Assembly (NCBI GenBank): GCA_031409335.1
Contig: JANNWY010000026.1
Span: forward strand, 1-10,827
Origin: Chthoniobacteraceae bacterium
GTDB taxonomy: Bacteria > Verrucomicrobiota > Verrucomicrobiia > Chthoniobacterales > Chthoniobacteraceae
Direction: 5' to 3'
DNA: 10,827 nt
This document shows, piece after piece, positions 1-7,802 of this stretch. Each line of letters begins with the position of its first letter. Positions within the stretch are counted from its first letter, which is position 1. The notes under the pieces were generated by a model. The model saw only the letters and a list, made by a program, of their open reading frames with translations. It did not search any database and was not told the origin of the DNA. A program made the position numbers and the translations under genes.

Positions 1-174
1 GTGCCGCCGAAGATGGAGTCGATCACTTATGAGATCATCGTGGACACCGATGAACCCGACCACCGACTGGAACTGCTGCACGACAATGTGAAAAAGTTTG
101 GCACGGTCTTCAACACTGTGGCCCCTGGCACCACACTCAGCGGCGTGCTGCATCGGAAGGAGGCGCAGACATGA
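1..174 (+). CDS. 3' end of a probable OsmC-family protein (partial, runs in from the left edge)
   Basis: Frame 1 is open from base 1 and reads VPPKMESITYEIIVDTDEPDHRLELLHDNVKKFGTVFNTVAPGTTLSGVLHRKEAQT*. TGA 172-174 overlaps the next ATG (ATGA, 171-174). The PPKM..I.Y...VDTDE....LELLH.NV.K.GTVFNT pattern resembles OsmC-like C-termini (recognised from memory, not searched). Not in the ORF track. Confidence 0.65.
   Translation: MPPKMESITYEIIVDTDEPDHRLELLHDNVKKFGTVFNTVAPGTTLSGVLHRKEAQT
157..163 (+). promoter_or_regulatory. Shine-Dalgarno site for the P1B ATPase
   Basis: AAGGAGG ends 7 nt upstream of ATG 171. Confidence 0.75.
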
Positions 175-2183
175 TCGCTGAACCACCGCCCCGTGAGTCG
201 CCCCCGATTAAAACTGAATCCGGCGCTGGAGAACGTAGCCACGACCACGAGCACGAGCATGGCGGTGCGCCGCACTTCCTGCCACACTGGATGCAAGAGC
301 GCTGGACCGTGTTGACGGTAGCTGTCGCCGGACTGGCGCTGGTCATCGGATTCTTCGGGGAGAAGTATTTTGGCCTGCCGCATTCCGTCGCCCTTGCGTT
401 CTACATTCTGTCCTACGTGGCCGGTGGCTACGATTTCGCTTGCGCGGCCTTGCCCGCGCTCCTTCGCGGGAAGTTCGACATCGATCTTCTGATGATCGCG
501 GCGGCGGCTGGCGCGGCATTGCTTGGCGAATGGGCGGAGGGCGCGTTCCTGCTGTTTCTCTTCTCGCTCGGCCATGCCGGGGAGCACTACGCGATGGATC
601 GGGCGCGCAATGCCGTCGGCGTTCTCGGAAAACTCATGCCCCGCACCGCGTTCACGAAACGTGGAGACCGCCTGGAAGAAGTGCCGGTGGAACAACTCAC
701 CGTGGATGAAATCGTCGTCGTAAAACCCGGCGAGCGCGTGCCGGTGGATGGAGTCATCATGGCGGGCGAAAGCAGCATCGATCAAAGCGCGATCACTGGC
801 GAGAGCGTGCCGGTGGAGCGCAATCCCGGCGACGAGGTGTTTGCGGGAACGATCAATCAGGACAATGCGCTCGACGTGCGCATGACGCGGCTGGCCCGCG
901 ACAACACCCTCGCCCGTGTGATGCAGCTCGTCGCCGAAGCGCAGGAACAAAAGAGCCCGACGCAGCGGTTCACCGAAACCTTCGCGCGCCGCTTCGTTCC
1001 GACGGTGCTCATCGGCACGTCCCTTGTCATCGTGCTGCTGCCGCTCGTGTTCGGCTGGACGTGGAGCGCGAGTTTCTACCGCGGCATGTTGTTGCTGGTG
1101 GCCGCTTCGCCCTGTGCGCTGGCCATCGGCACGCCCGCGGCCGTGCTCGCGGGCATTGCCCAGGCGGCGCGTCGCGGAGTGCTGATCAAAGGCGGGATTC
1201 ACTTGGAAAGCCTCGGACGCCTCAACACCGTGGCGCTCGACAAAACCGGCACGCTCACCACCGGTCTTTTCGCAGTCTCGCAGGTCATCGGCTTTGACGG
1301 CACACCGGAGGACGAGGTCCTGCGCATCGCCGCCGCCGTCGAGGAACAATCCAGTCATCCGCTGGCCGCCGCCATCGTGAAGACAGCGAAAGAGCGCGGC
1401 ATCAGTTTCCCCTCGGCCACCGACATCGAAAACCTCGCGGGCAAAGGAATCCAGGCGCGTGTGGAGGACGCTGAAGTTCTGGTCGGAGCCATCCGCGCCT
1501 TTGCCGGAGATGCCGCGGCGGAGAAAGGGAAGCCGCTGGCGGAAGCCATCGCCAAGCTGGAAGCCGATGGCCAGACAACGGTGATCATTCGTCGCGCCGG
1601 AAAGTTCATTGGCGTCATCGCCCTCGCCGACGAGCCGCGTCCTCTTGCCGAAGAGGTGATGAAGCGCCTGCGGGCGCAGGGCATCGAGCGCCTGTTGATG
1701 CTCACCGGTGACAACACTTCCGTCGCCCGCCGGGTTGCGGAAAAAGTCGGTATCACCGAAGTCCGCGCGGAGTTGCTGCCGGGACAAAAGCTGACCATCG
1801 TTCGCGAACTGGAGAAGGATCGTGGCGTCATCGCGATGATCGGCGATGGCGTGAACGATGCGCCCGCGCTGGCCGCGGCCACAGTCGGCGTGGCGATGGG
1901 TGCCGGAGGCACTGCGGTTGCCTTGGAGACCGCCGATGTCGTGTTGATGGGCGATGATCTCGGCAAGCTGTCTTTTGCCATCGGCCTGAGCCGGGCCAGC
2001 GCGCGCATCATCCGCCAGAACCTCGTGATCGCGCTCGGAGTCATCGCCCTGCTCCTGATTGCCTCGGGGTTTGGGGTCATCCCGCTGAGTGTCGCGGTCG
2101 TCCTGCACGAAGGCAGCACCATCGTGGTCGTCCTGAACGCCCTGCGGCTCCTTGCGTGGCACGAGCCCGCCGTCTCCATCTGA
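171..2183 (+). CDS. Heavy-metal-translocating P-type ATPase, P1B-4 subgroup (Co/Zn/Cd/Fe exporter type)
   Basis: Contains TGES (actuator), SPC in the metal-binding helix (AASPCALA), DKTGTLT (phosphorylation site), SHPLA, TGDN, GDGVNDAPAL and HEGST in the last helix. It has a short N-terminal HDHEHEH tract and no CxxC HMA domain. Confidence 0.95.
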   Translation: MIAEPPPRESPPIKTESGAGERSHDHEHEHGGAPHFLPHWMQERWTVLTVAVAGLALVIGFFGEKYFGLPHSVALAFYILSYVAGGYDFACAALPALLRGKFDIDLLMIAAAAGAALLGEWAEGAFLLFLFSLGHAGEHYAMDRARNAVGVLGKLMPRTAFTKRGDRLEEVPVEQLTVDEIVVVKPGERVPVDGVIMAGESSIDQSAITGESVPVERNPGDEVFAGTINQDNALDVRMTRLARDNTLARVMQLVAEAQEQKSPTQRFTETFARRFVPTVLIGTSLVIVLLPLVFGWTWSASFYRGMLLLVAASPCALAIGTPAAVLAGIAQAARRGVLIKGGIHLESLGRLNTVALDKTGTLTTGLFAVSQVIGFDGTPEDEVLRIAAAVEEQSSHPLAAAIVKTAKERGISFPSATDIENLAGKGIQARVEDAEVLVGAIRAFAGDAAAEKGKPLAEAIAKLEADGQTTVIIRRAGKFIGVIALADEPRPLAEEVMKRLRAQGIERLLMLTGDNTSVARRVAEKVGITEVRAELLPGQKLTIVRELEKDRGVIAMIGDGVNDAPALAAATVGVAMGAGGTAVALETADVVLMGDDLGKLSFAIGLSRASARIIRQNLVIALGVIALLLIASGFGVIPLSVAVVLHEGSTIVVVLNALRLLAWHEPAVSI

Positions 2184-2216
2184 CTTTTCCGCCGCCGAAT
2201 TTCCTAAACCATTCAA

Positions 2217-3281
2217 ATGAGCACAATGAAAGCGACTGTATTTCACGGAACGAACGACATTCGTGTCGAAGAAGTAGAGCGACCTCATGCCGGAGTTGGG
2301 GAGGCCGTGATACGCGTGACGTTGACCACGATTTGCGGCACCGACCTTCACATCGTGCGCGGGGAGTATCCGGTAAAGCCGGGCTTGGTCATCGGGCATG
2401 AACCGGTGGGCGTCATCGAGGAACTTGGACCGGGCGTGACTGGGTATGAAGTGGGCGACCGTGTGCTAGTCGGCGCTATCACCCCGTGCGGCCAATGCCG
2501 CGCGTGCCTTTCCGGACATCTCTCTCAATGCGGACACGGCGACGGCTACGAAGCGCTCGGCGGATGGCGCTTTGGCAATACGATCAACGGCGCGCAGGCC
2601 GAATATCTTCTCGTGCCGTCTGCTCAAGCCAACCTCGCGAAGATTCCTGATGAGTTGACGGACGAGCAAGTGGTCCTGCTCTCCGACATCGCCTCGACGG
2701 GAATCTCCGGTGCGGAGGCGGCACCAGTGCGGATCGGCGATGCCGTCGTGGTGTTCGCGCAGGGACCGATCGGATTGTGCGCCACCGCCGGAGCAAAGCT
2801 GATGGGTGCTTCGCTGATCATCGGAGTGGATGGCGATGAAACGCGGCTGGCGATGGCGCGTCGCATGGGCGCCGATGTGGTCCTCGACTACCGCGCCGTG
2901 GATGTGGTGGCCGAAGTCAAACGTCTGACGGGCGGCGGAGCGGATGTGGCCATCGAAGCCTTGGGCACGCAGCAAACCTTTGAAAGCGCGCTGCGCAGCC
3001 TGCGACCTGCGGGCACGCTTTCGAGCCTCGGCGTTTACTCCGGCAAACTCCAAATGCCCTACGACGCATTTGCCGCTGGCCTCGGCGATCACCGCATCGT
3101 CACCACGCTTTGTCCCGGTGGCAAAGAGCGGATGCGGCGGCTGCTGAGTCTGGTGCAATCCGGGCGGTTTGATCCCACTCCGCTCATCACCCACCGCTTC
3201 TCGCTGGAGGAAATTCCCCAAGCCTACCAGCTCTTCGGCGACCGCTCGGACGGTGTCTTAAAGGTCGCGATCAAACCGTAG
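2217..3281 (+). CDS. Zinc-dependent alcohol dehydrogenase (MDR superfamily); alternative start at 2226
   Basis: ICGTDLH, GHEPVG, structural-Zn CGQCRAC...SQC, Asp as third catalytic ligand (LSDIAST), AQGPIG nucleotide-binding loop, and a typical ITHRFSL...KVAIKP C-terminus. Confidence 0.93.
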   Translation: MSTMKATVFHGTNDIRVEEVERPHAGVGEAVIRVTLTTICGTDLHIVRGEYPVKPGLVIGHEPVGVIEELGPGVTGYEVGDRVLVGAITPCGQCRACLSGHLSQCGHGDGYEALGGWRFGNTINGAQAEYLLVPSAQANLAKIPDELTDEQVVLLSDIASTGISGAEAAPVRIGDAVVVFAQGPIGLCATAGAKLMGASLIIGVDGDETRLAMARRMGADVVLDYRAVDVVAEVKRLTGGGADVAIEALGTQQTFESALRSLRPAGTLSSLGVYSGKLQMPYDAFAAGLGDHRIVTTLCPGGKERMRRLLSLVQSGRFDPTPLITHRFSLEEIPQAYQLFGDRSDGVLKVAIKP

Positions 3282-3284
3282 GTA

Positions 3285-3491
3285 ATGAAACCGATCTCGC
3301 CGCAGCCAACGAAACGGGACTGGCACAGCCAGTCTTCCGAGGAAGCGCTGGCGCAGCTTGGCCCCGCAGCGACCGGACTTTCTACCGCCGAAGCAACAAA
3401 ACGCCTCGCCGCTGACGGCACGAGCGTGGCTGTGGAACAGGGTTGCGTGGGCAGGCGCGAGACAACCTTCACCGCCACCGCGAAGCCATGA
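3285..3491 (+). pseudogene. Truncated N-terminal fragment of a P2-type cation-transporting ATPase (Cation_ATPase_N domain)
   Basis: DWHSQSSEEALAQLGPAATGLSTAEATKRLAADG matches the WH..S.EE...L.....GLS..EA..RL...G(PNEL) start of Ca/Mg-type P-ATPases. Similarity stops at about 3419 and the ORF ends after 68 aa, against roughly 900 aa for an intact protein. Confidence 0.8.
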
Positions 3492-4591
3492 CGATCGCGA
3501 TGAAGCGCCGGGCCGGCCGCGCCCGGAGAACTCTAAAATGGGCGCTCGGGAGCATGGTGGGCTTTGTCGCGCTCGCGGTTGTGGCGGCGCTCGCGTTCCG
3601 CGCTTACGAGCGCTCACAAGTGCGGGCACGAACGAAAATCGACGCCCAGACCGGAATCGAGTCGTTGGAAAAAGTGCAGATGGGAGGCATCGAGCAGTGG
3701 ATTCTCATCCGCGGTCACGACCGCTCCAAGCCGCTCTTGCTCGTCGTTCATGGCGGGCCGGGCTTTTCGGAGATGCCCCTTTCGCACCGCAACGCCAAGC
3801 TGGAGAAGGAGTTTGTGGTCGTGCAGTGGGATCAGCGCGGAGCCGGCAAGACGTATTCGCCGGACACGCCGCGCGACACGATGAATGTCGAGCAATTCGT
3901 CTCCGACACGCACGAGTTGTCGCGGCTGCTGACGGCGCGCTTTCATACGCCGAAACTCTATCTCGTCGGCGTGTCATGGGGCTCGATTCTCGCAACGATT
4001 ACTGCGTCGCGCCATCCGGAGCTGTTTCACGCGTGCGTGGGGATCGGACAGGTCGCCGACGTGAAGGAGAGCCAGCGCATCCTGCATCGCTTCGCGATGG
4101 AAGCGGCGGAACGCGCGGGAAACCGTCGCGCCATTGCCGATCTCAAAAAGCTCGGACCAACCTTCATGCAAAGCGCCAATCACATGCGCGTCTGTCGCTG
4201 GGTCTCCCGCTTAACGTCAGAACAATACCCTGGGCTTCCGCGATGGGAGCTGTTTCGCGATGCAGCCGGTTCGCCCTCCTACGACATCGCGGATTTCTGG
4301 CGACTCTATCGCGGGATGAAATTCTCGCTCGATTGTCTGTGGCGGCCCCTCAACGACGTAAATCTCTTCGAGCAGGCCCCGCGTATCGAGGTGCCCGTCT
4401 ATTTCTTTCTCGGACGACACGACTACGTGGTGACCTCGGAAGTTGCCGAGCGATACTTCCGGGCGCTCGACGCGCCGCGCGGAAAGCAAATCGTCTGGTT
4501 CGAAAAGTCGGGCCACATGCCACACCTCTCGGAGCCGGAGAAATTCCGCGCCGCGCTTATCGGCAAAGTGCTCGCGGAAACGCGGCGCTAG
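3488..4591 (+). CDS. Alpha/beta-fold hydrolase, proline-iminopeptidase-like, with N-terminal membrane anchor (start ATG 3488 or 3500 preferred over GTG 3443)
   Basis: HGGPG oxyanion motif, WDQRGAGK, GVSWG nucleophile elbow, GRHD acid and KSGH catalytic His. A basic N-terminus is followed by the hydrophobic stretch WALGSMVGFVALAVVAALAF. Confidence 0.9.
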   Translation: MTIAMKRRAGRARRTLKWALGSMVGFVALAVVAALAFRAYERSQVRARTKIDAQTGIESLEKVQMGGIEQWILIRGHDRSKPLLLVVHGGPGFSEMPLSHRNAKLEKEFVVVQWDQRGAGKTYSPDTPRDTMNVEQFVSDTHELSRLLTARFHTPKLYLVGVSWGSILATITASRHPELFHACVGIGQVADVKESQRILHRFAMEAAERAGNRRAIADLKKLGPTFMQSANHMRVCRWVSRLTSEQYPGLPRWELFRDAAGSPSYDIADFWRLYRGMKFSLDCLWRPLNDVNLFEQAPRIEVPVYFFLGRHDYVVTSEVAERYFRALDAPRGKQIVWFEKSGHMPHLSEPEKFRAALIGKVLAETRR

Positions 4592-4613
4592 CGAGAATCT
4601 GAACAAAACGCCC

Positions 4614-6404
4614 ATGACATCCACGACCCAACATTTCACCCGCCGCCACTTTCTGCGCAACGCCGCCGCCGTCAGTGCGCTGGCGGGATTTGAAAGCCTC
4701 GTCCCGGCCTACGCGCGACCCGGAAAAAAGGCGCGCGAAACGGGAGGACCGATTGAACTCACCATCGACAAACAGTCCATCGACATCGGCGGCCGGCGCG
4801 CGTCGGCCATCGCGGTCAATGGCACGGTGCCGGGACCGCTCGTGCGTTTGCGCGAGGGCCAGGATGCCGTGATCCACGTGACGAACCGGCTCGCGAAGGA
4901 GAGCACGTCGATCCATTGGCACGGCTTGATCCTGCCATTTCAGATGGATGGCGTGCCGGGCGTGAGTTTCGCGGGCATCGGAGCGGGCGAGACTTTCACC
5001 TACCGCTTTCCCGTCCGGCAGAACGGCACCTATTGGTATCACAGCCACACGGCGGTGCAGGAGCAGCTTGGCCTCTATGGGCCGTTGATCATAGACCCGG
5101 CTGACGGCGAGCCGTTTCACTACGATCGCGAGTATGTGGTGATGCTCGGGGACTGGCTTTCCGGCGATCCGATGGCGATGGTCGCCAAGCTCAAGAAGCA
5201 AAGCAGTTACTCGAATTTCCAGCGGCGCACTGTCGGTGATTTCATCGGCGATGCCGGCAAGGACGGCCTGCGGGCGGCGCTCGCGGATCGTTGGGCGTGG
5301 GGCAAGATGCGGATGGACCCGACGGACATCGCTGACATCACCGGCCACGACTTCACCTTCCTCATGAACGGCCTCGCGCCGGACTCCAACTGGACCGGCC
5401 TCTTCCGGCCCGGCGAGCGTGTGCGGCTGCGCTTTATCAACTCGGCGGCGGTGACGTTCTTCGATGTGCGCATCCCCGGCCTGCGGATGACCGTCGTTGC
5501 CGCCGATGGACAAAATGTAAAGCCGGTGACGGTCGATGAATTCCGCATCGGAGTCGCGGAAACCTACGACGTCATCGTCGAGCCGCACGACAGCCGCGCT
5601 TACACGATCTTCGCCGAAACCACCGACCGCAGCGGCTTCGCGCGCGGCACACTGGCCCCGCGTGCCGGCATGAGCGCGCCTCTGCCCGAGCGACGCAAGC
5701 GCCCCGTGCGCACGATGGCCGACATGGGCATGGCCATGACCGGCGACATGCCGGGAATGCCGGGGATGAAAGGAACCGCGGATTCCGCGAGCGGAGCGAT
5801 GCCGGACATGCCGGGTATGAAGGGCAACTCGATGCCGGGCATGAAAATGGACGCCGCGCCCGGCGGTGCTGCGCCCGCGATGCACGGCCCGGACAAACAC
5901 GGCCCTGGCAATTCGGCCGTCGCCATGTCTCCGCAAAACCGGCTCGGCGAACCCGGCACCGGACTAGAAGGAATGCCGTGGCGCGTCCTCGTTTACAACG
6001 ACCTCCAAAGCCTCGTCGCCAATTACGACCGGCGCCCGCCCGAGCGCGAAATCGAACTGCACGCCACCGGCAACATGGAACGCTACATGTGGGGTTTCGA
6101 CGGCAAGAAATACTCCGAAGCCAAAGCGCCCATCGAGTTCAACTACGGGGAGCGCCTCCGCTTCACCTGGGTGAACGACACGATGATGGATCACCCGCTG
6201 CACCTGCACGGGATGTTCATGGAACTCGACAACGGCCACGGCGCGCACAATCCGCGCAAACACACCGTCGTCCTCAAGCCAGGGGAAAAGCTCTCGCTCA
6301 ACATCACCGCCGACGCGCCCGGCCTCTGGGCCTTTCATTGTCACATCCTGTATCACATGGAAATGGGCATGTTCCGCGTGGTTTCCGTCGCGCGAAAAGA
6401 CTGA
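4614..6404 (+). CDS. copA: Copper-resistance multicopper oxidase, CopA/PcoA family, Tat-exported
   Basis: ATG 4614 gives the twin-arginine signal TRRHFL. All four multicopper oxidase Cu motifs are present (HWHG, WYHSH, HPLHLHG, HCHILYHMEMGM), along with WGKMRMDPTDIAD and LHATGNMERYMW family motifs and a Met-rich insert. The track start at 4443 overlaps the upstream gene and is unlikely. Confidence 0.96.
   Translation: MTSTTQHFTRRHFLRNAAAVSALAGFESLVPAYARPGKKARETGGPIELTIDKQSIDIGGRRASAIAVNGTVPGPLVRLREGQDAVIHVTNRLAKESTSIHWHGLILPFQMDGVPGVSFAGIGAGETFTYRFPVRQNGTYWYHSHTAVQEQLGLYGPLIIDPADGEPFHYDREYVVMLGDWLSGDPMAMVAKLKKQSSYSNFQRRTVGDFIGDAGKDGLRAALADRWAWGKMRMDPTDIADITGHDFTFLMNGLAPDSNWTGLFRPGERVRLRFINSAAVTFFDVRIPGLRMTVVAADGQNVKPVTVDEFRIGVAETYDVIVEPHDSRAYTIFAETTDRSGFARGTLAPRAGMSAPLPERRKRPVRTMADMGMAMTGDMPGMPGMKGTADSASGAMPDMPGMKGNSMPGMKMDAAPGGAAPAMHGPDKHGPGNSAVAMSPQNRLGEPGTGLEGMPWRVLVYNDLQSLVANYDRRPPEREIELHATGNMERYMWGFDGKKYSEAKAPIEFNYGERLRFTWVNDTMMDHPLHLHGMFMELDNGHGAHNPRKHTVVLKPGEKLSLNITADAPGLWAFHCHILYHMEMGMFRVVSVARKD
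5715..5900 (+). repeat. Met-rich MPGM repeat insert in CopA
   Basis: Translates as MADMGMAMTGDMPGMPGMKG...AMPDMPGMKGNSMPGMKM...MHGPDKH. ATGCCGGG recurs in the DNA. Confidence 0.85.
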
Positions 6405-6416
6405 TCGAAGCCGCGT

Positions 6417-7685
6417 ATGAAACTCAAATTTTCCACCGCACGCACCGCCCTCGCGACGACGCTCATGCTCACCGCGAGTGTCTTCCAGCCCAGCGCCGCG
6501 TGGGCGCAGGCAGACATGAAGGACATGCCCGGCATGGCTCCAAAAGCCACGCCCGCGCCGAAGAAATCCGATGCCGCAGCGACTCCCAAACCTGCCGCTG
6601 CCGCCATGTCCCAGCAGGAGATGGATGCGATGCCGGGAATGGCCCCGAAAAAGGCTTCGCCCGCGGCGACCTCGACTGCCAGGCCCGCCAAAGCCGCTAC
6701 GTCCCAAGCGGAGATGGACGCCATGCCGGGAATGAGCCCGGCTAAACCCTCCGCCAGCAAATCCGCCGGTTCCGCGCCCGCCAAGAACGACATGGCGGGA
6801 ATGCCGGGCATGGCAGCCCCCGGCGTATCCAAGACCAAAGGCATGGCCGGAATGCCGGGGATGCCGGCAGGCGACGCATCCACTCCGCAGCGCATGAGCG
6901 CCCCCGGCGTCTTCATTCTCCGCCCGCCGCAAAAGTGGGTGCCGCCACGCGGCGACAACCGCGCCGCCGAACTGCTCTCGCGCCCCGCGCTGGAACAGCT
7001 CATGAAGCCGCTGCCGCCGCCCGTCGAGGACTCCATGCTGCACAGCTTTCTCCTCACCGAACTGCTCGAATACCGCGCGAACAGCGCGGGACCGAATTCG
7101 TTCGTATGGGACTTCGTAGGCTGGTTCGGCGGCGACTACAATCGGCTCTGGATCAAGACCGAAGGCCGACAGGATCTATCCGACGGCAATCGCGGCGAAG
7201 GCGATCTTCAGCTTCTTTACGGCAGGCTCATCGCACCGTTCTGGGATTTCCAGATCGGCGTCCGCGGCAAATCCAATCTCGGTTCCGGTTTCAAAAACAA
7301 CACCCGCACCTACGCCGTCATCGGCCTGCAAGGGCTGGCCCCCGGCAACTTCGAGGTCGAGCCCGCCATCTACATCAGCGACCGCGGCGAAGTCTCCGCC
7401 GAGCTGACCGTGAGTGCCGATCTCTACCTCACCCAGCGCCTCGTCTTGCAGCCGCGTTTTGCGGGTGAAGTGTCGGTTCAAGGCGACGACCGCTTCGGCA
7501 CCGGCTCCGGCGTCACCGAGACCGACATCGGCCTCCGCCTCCGCTACGAAATCCGCCGTGAGATCGCACCCTACATCGGCGTCTCCTGGCTGCGCAGCTA
7601 CGGCGAAACCGCCCGCATTTCCCGGCAGGAAGGCGAAGCCACCGACACCGTCGCCCTCGTCCTAGGCCTCCGGCTTTGGTGGTGA
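6417..7685 (+). CDS. copB: Copper-resistance outer-membrane protein CopB/PcoB with extended Met-rich N-terminus
   Basis: Starts 12 nt after copA. Has a Sec signal (AWA|Q), CopB motifs WFGGDYNRLWIKTEG, LYGRLIAPFWDFQIG, GLQGLAP, LTQRLVLQPR and GLRLRYEIRREIAPYIGV, and an aromatic C-terminus (LRLWW). Confidence 0.95.
   Translation: MKLKFSTARTALATTLMLTASVFQPSAAWAQADMKDMPGMAPKATPAPKKSDAAATPKPAAAAMSQQEMDAMPGMAPKKASPAATSTARPAKAATSQAEMDAMPGMSPAKPSASKSAGSAPAKNDMAGMPGMAAPGVSKTKGMAGMPGMPAGDASTPQRMSAPGVFILRPPQKWVPPRGDNRAAELLSRPALEQLMKPLPPPVEDSMLHSFLLTELLEYRANSAGPNSFVWDFVGWFGGDYNRLWIKTEGRQDLSDGNRGEGDLQLLYGRLIAPFWDFQIGVRGKSNLGSGFKNNTRTYAVIGLQGLAPGNFEVEPAIYISDRGEVSAELTVSADLYLTQRLVLQPRFAGEVSVQGDDRFGTGSGVTETDIGLRLRYEIRREIAPYIGVSWLRSYGETARISRQEGEATDTVALVLGLRLWW
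6513..6869 (+). repeat. Five MxxMPGM units separated by Ala/Pro/Lys/Ser linkers in the CopB N-terminus
   Basis: Units are MKDMPGM, MDAMPGM (twice) and MAGMPGM (twice). The two SQxEMDAMPGM units start at 6609 and 6702, 93 nt apart, and are similar at DNA level. Confidence 0.88.
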
Positions 7686-7708
7686 ATACGCGCGACGGGA
7701 TGAGCTAG

Positions 7709-7727
7709 GCCGGGTTCGTAGCCCGGC
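7709..7727. other. Short GC-rich inverted repeat downstream of copB (possible mRNA-stabilising or pause hairpin)
   Basis: GCCGGGT-TCGTA-GCCCGGC forms a stem with one G-U pair. There is no U-tract, so it is not called a terminator. Confidence 0.35.
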
Positions 7728-7802
7728 GGGCAGCGTTCTCTCGTCAGCGGGATCGAATTGCGTAAGGCCAAGACTCCGGCGGGGCCGATACCTGAGTTGA
7801 CG

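Noticed and set aside
27..2399. 790-aa minus-strand ORF, and other long antisense ORFs (1355-2179, 2466-3221, 4557-5936, 5964-7043, 6353-7057)
   Set aside because: These are shadows of well-supported + strand genes in high-GC DNA and carry no recognisable motifs.
3358..4602. 414-aa alternate-frame + strand ORF
   Set aside because: It is Arg/Ala/Gly-rich and overlaps the hydrolase frame, which has a full catalytic motif set.
3419..7802. Hydrolase-copAB block as a transposon
   Set aside because: No transposase, terminal inverted repeats or target-site duplication were found by eye. Only the left junction is supported.
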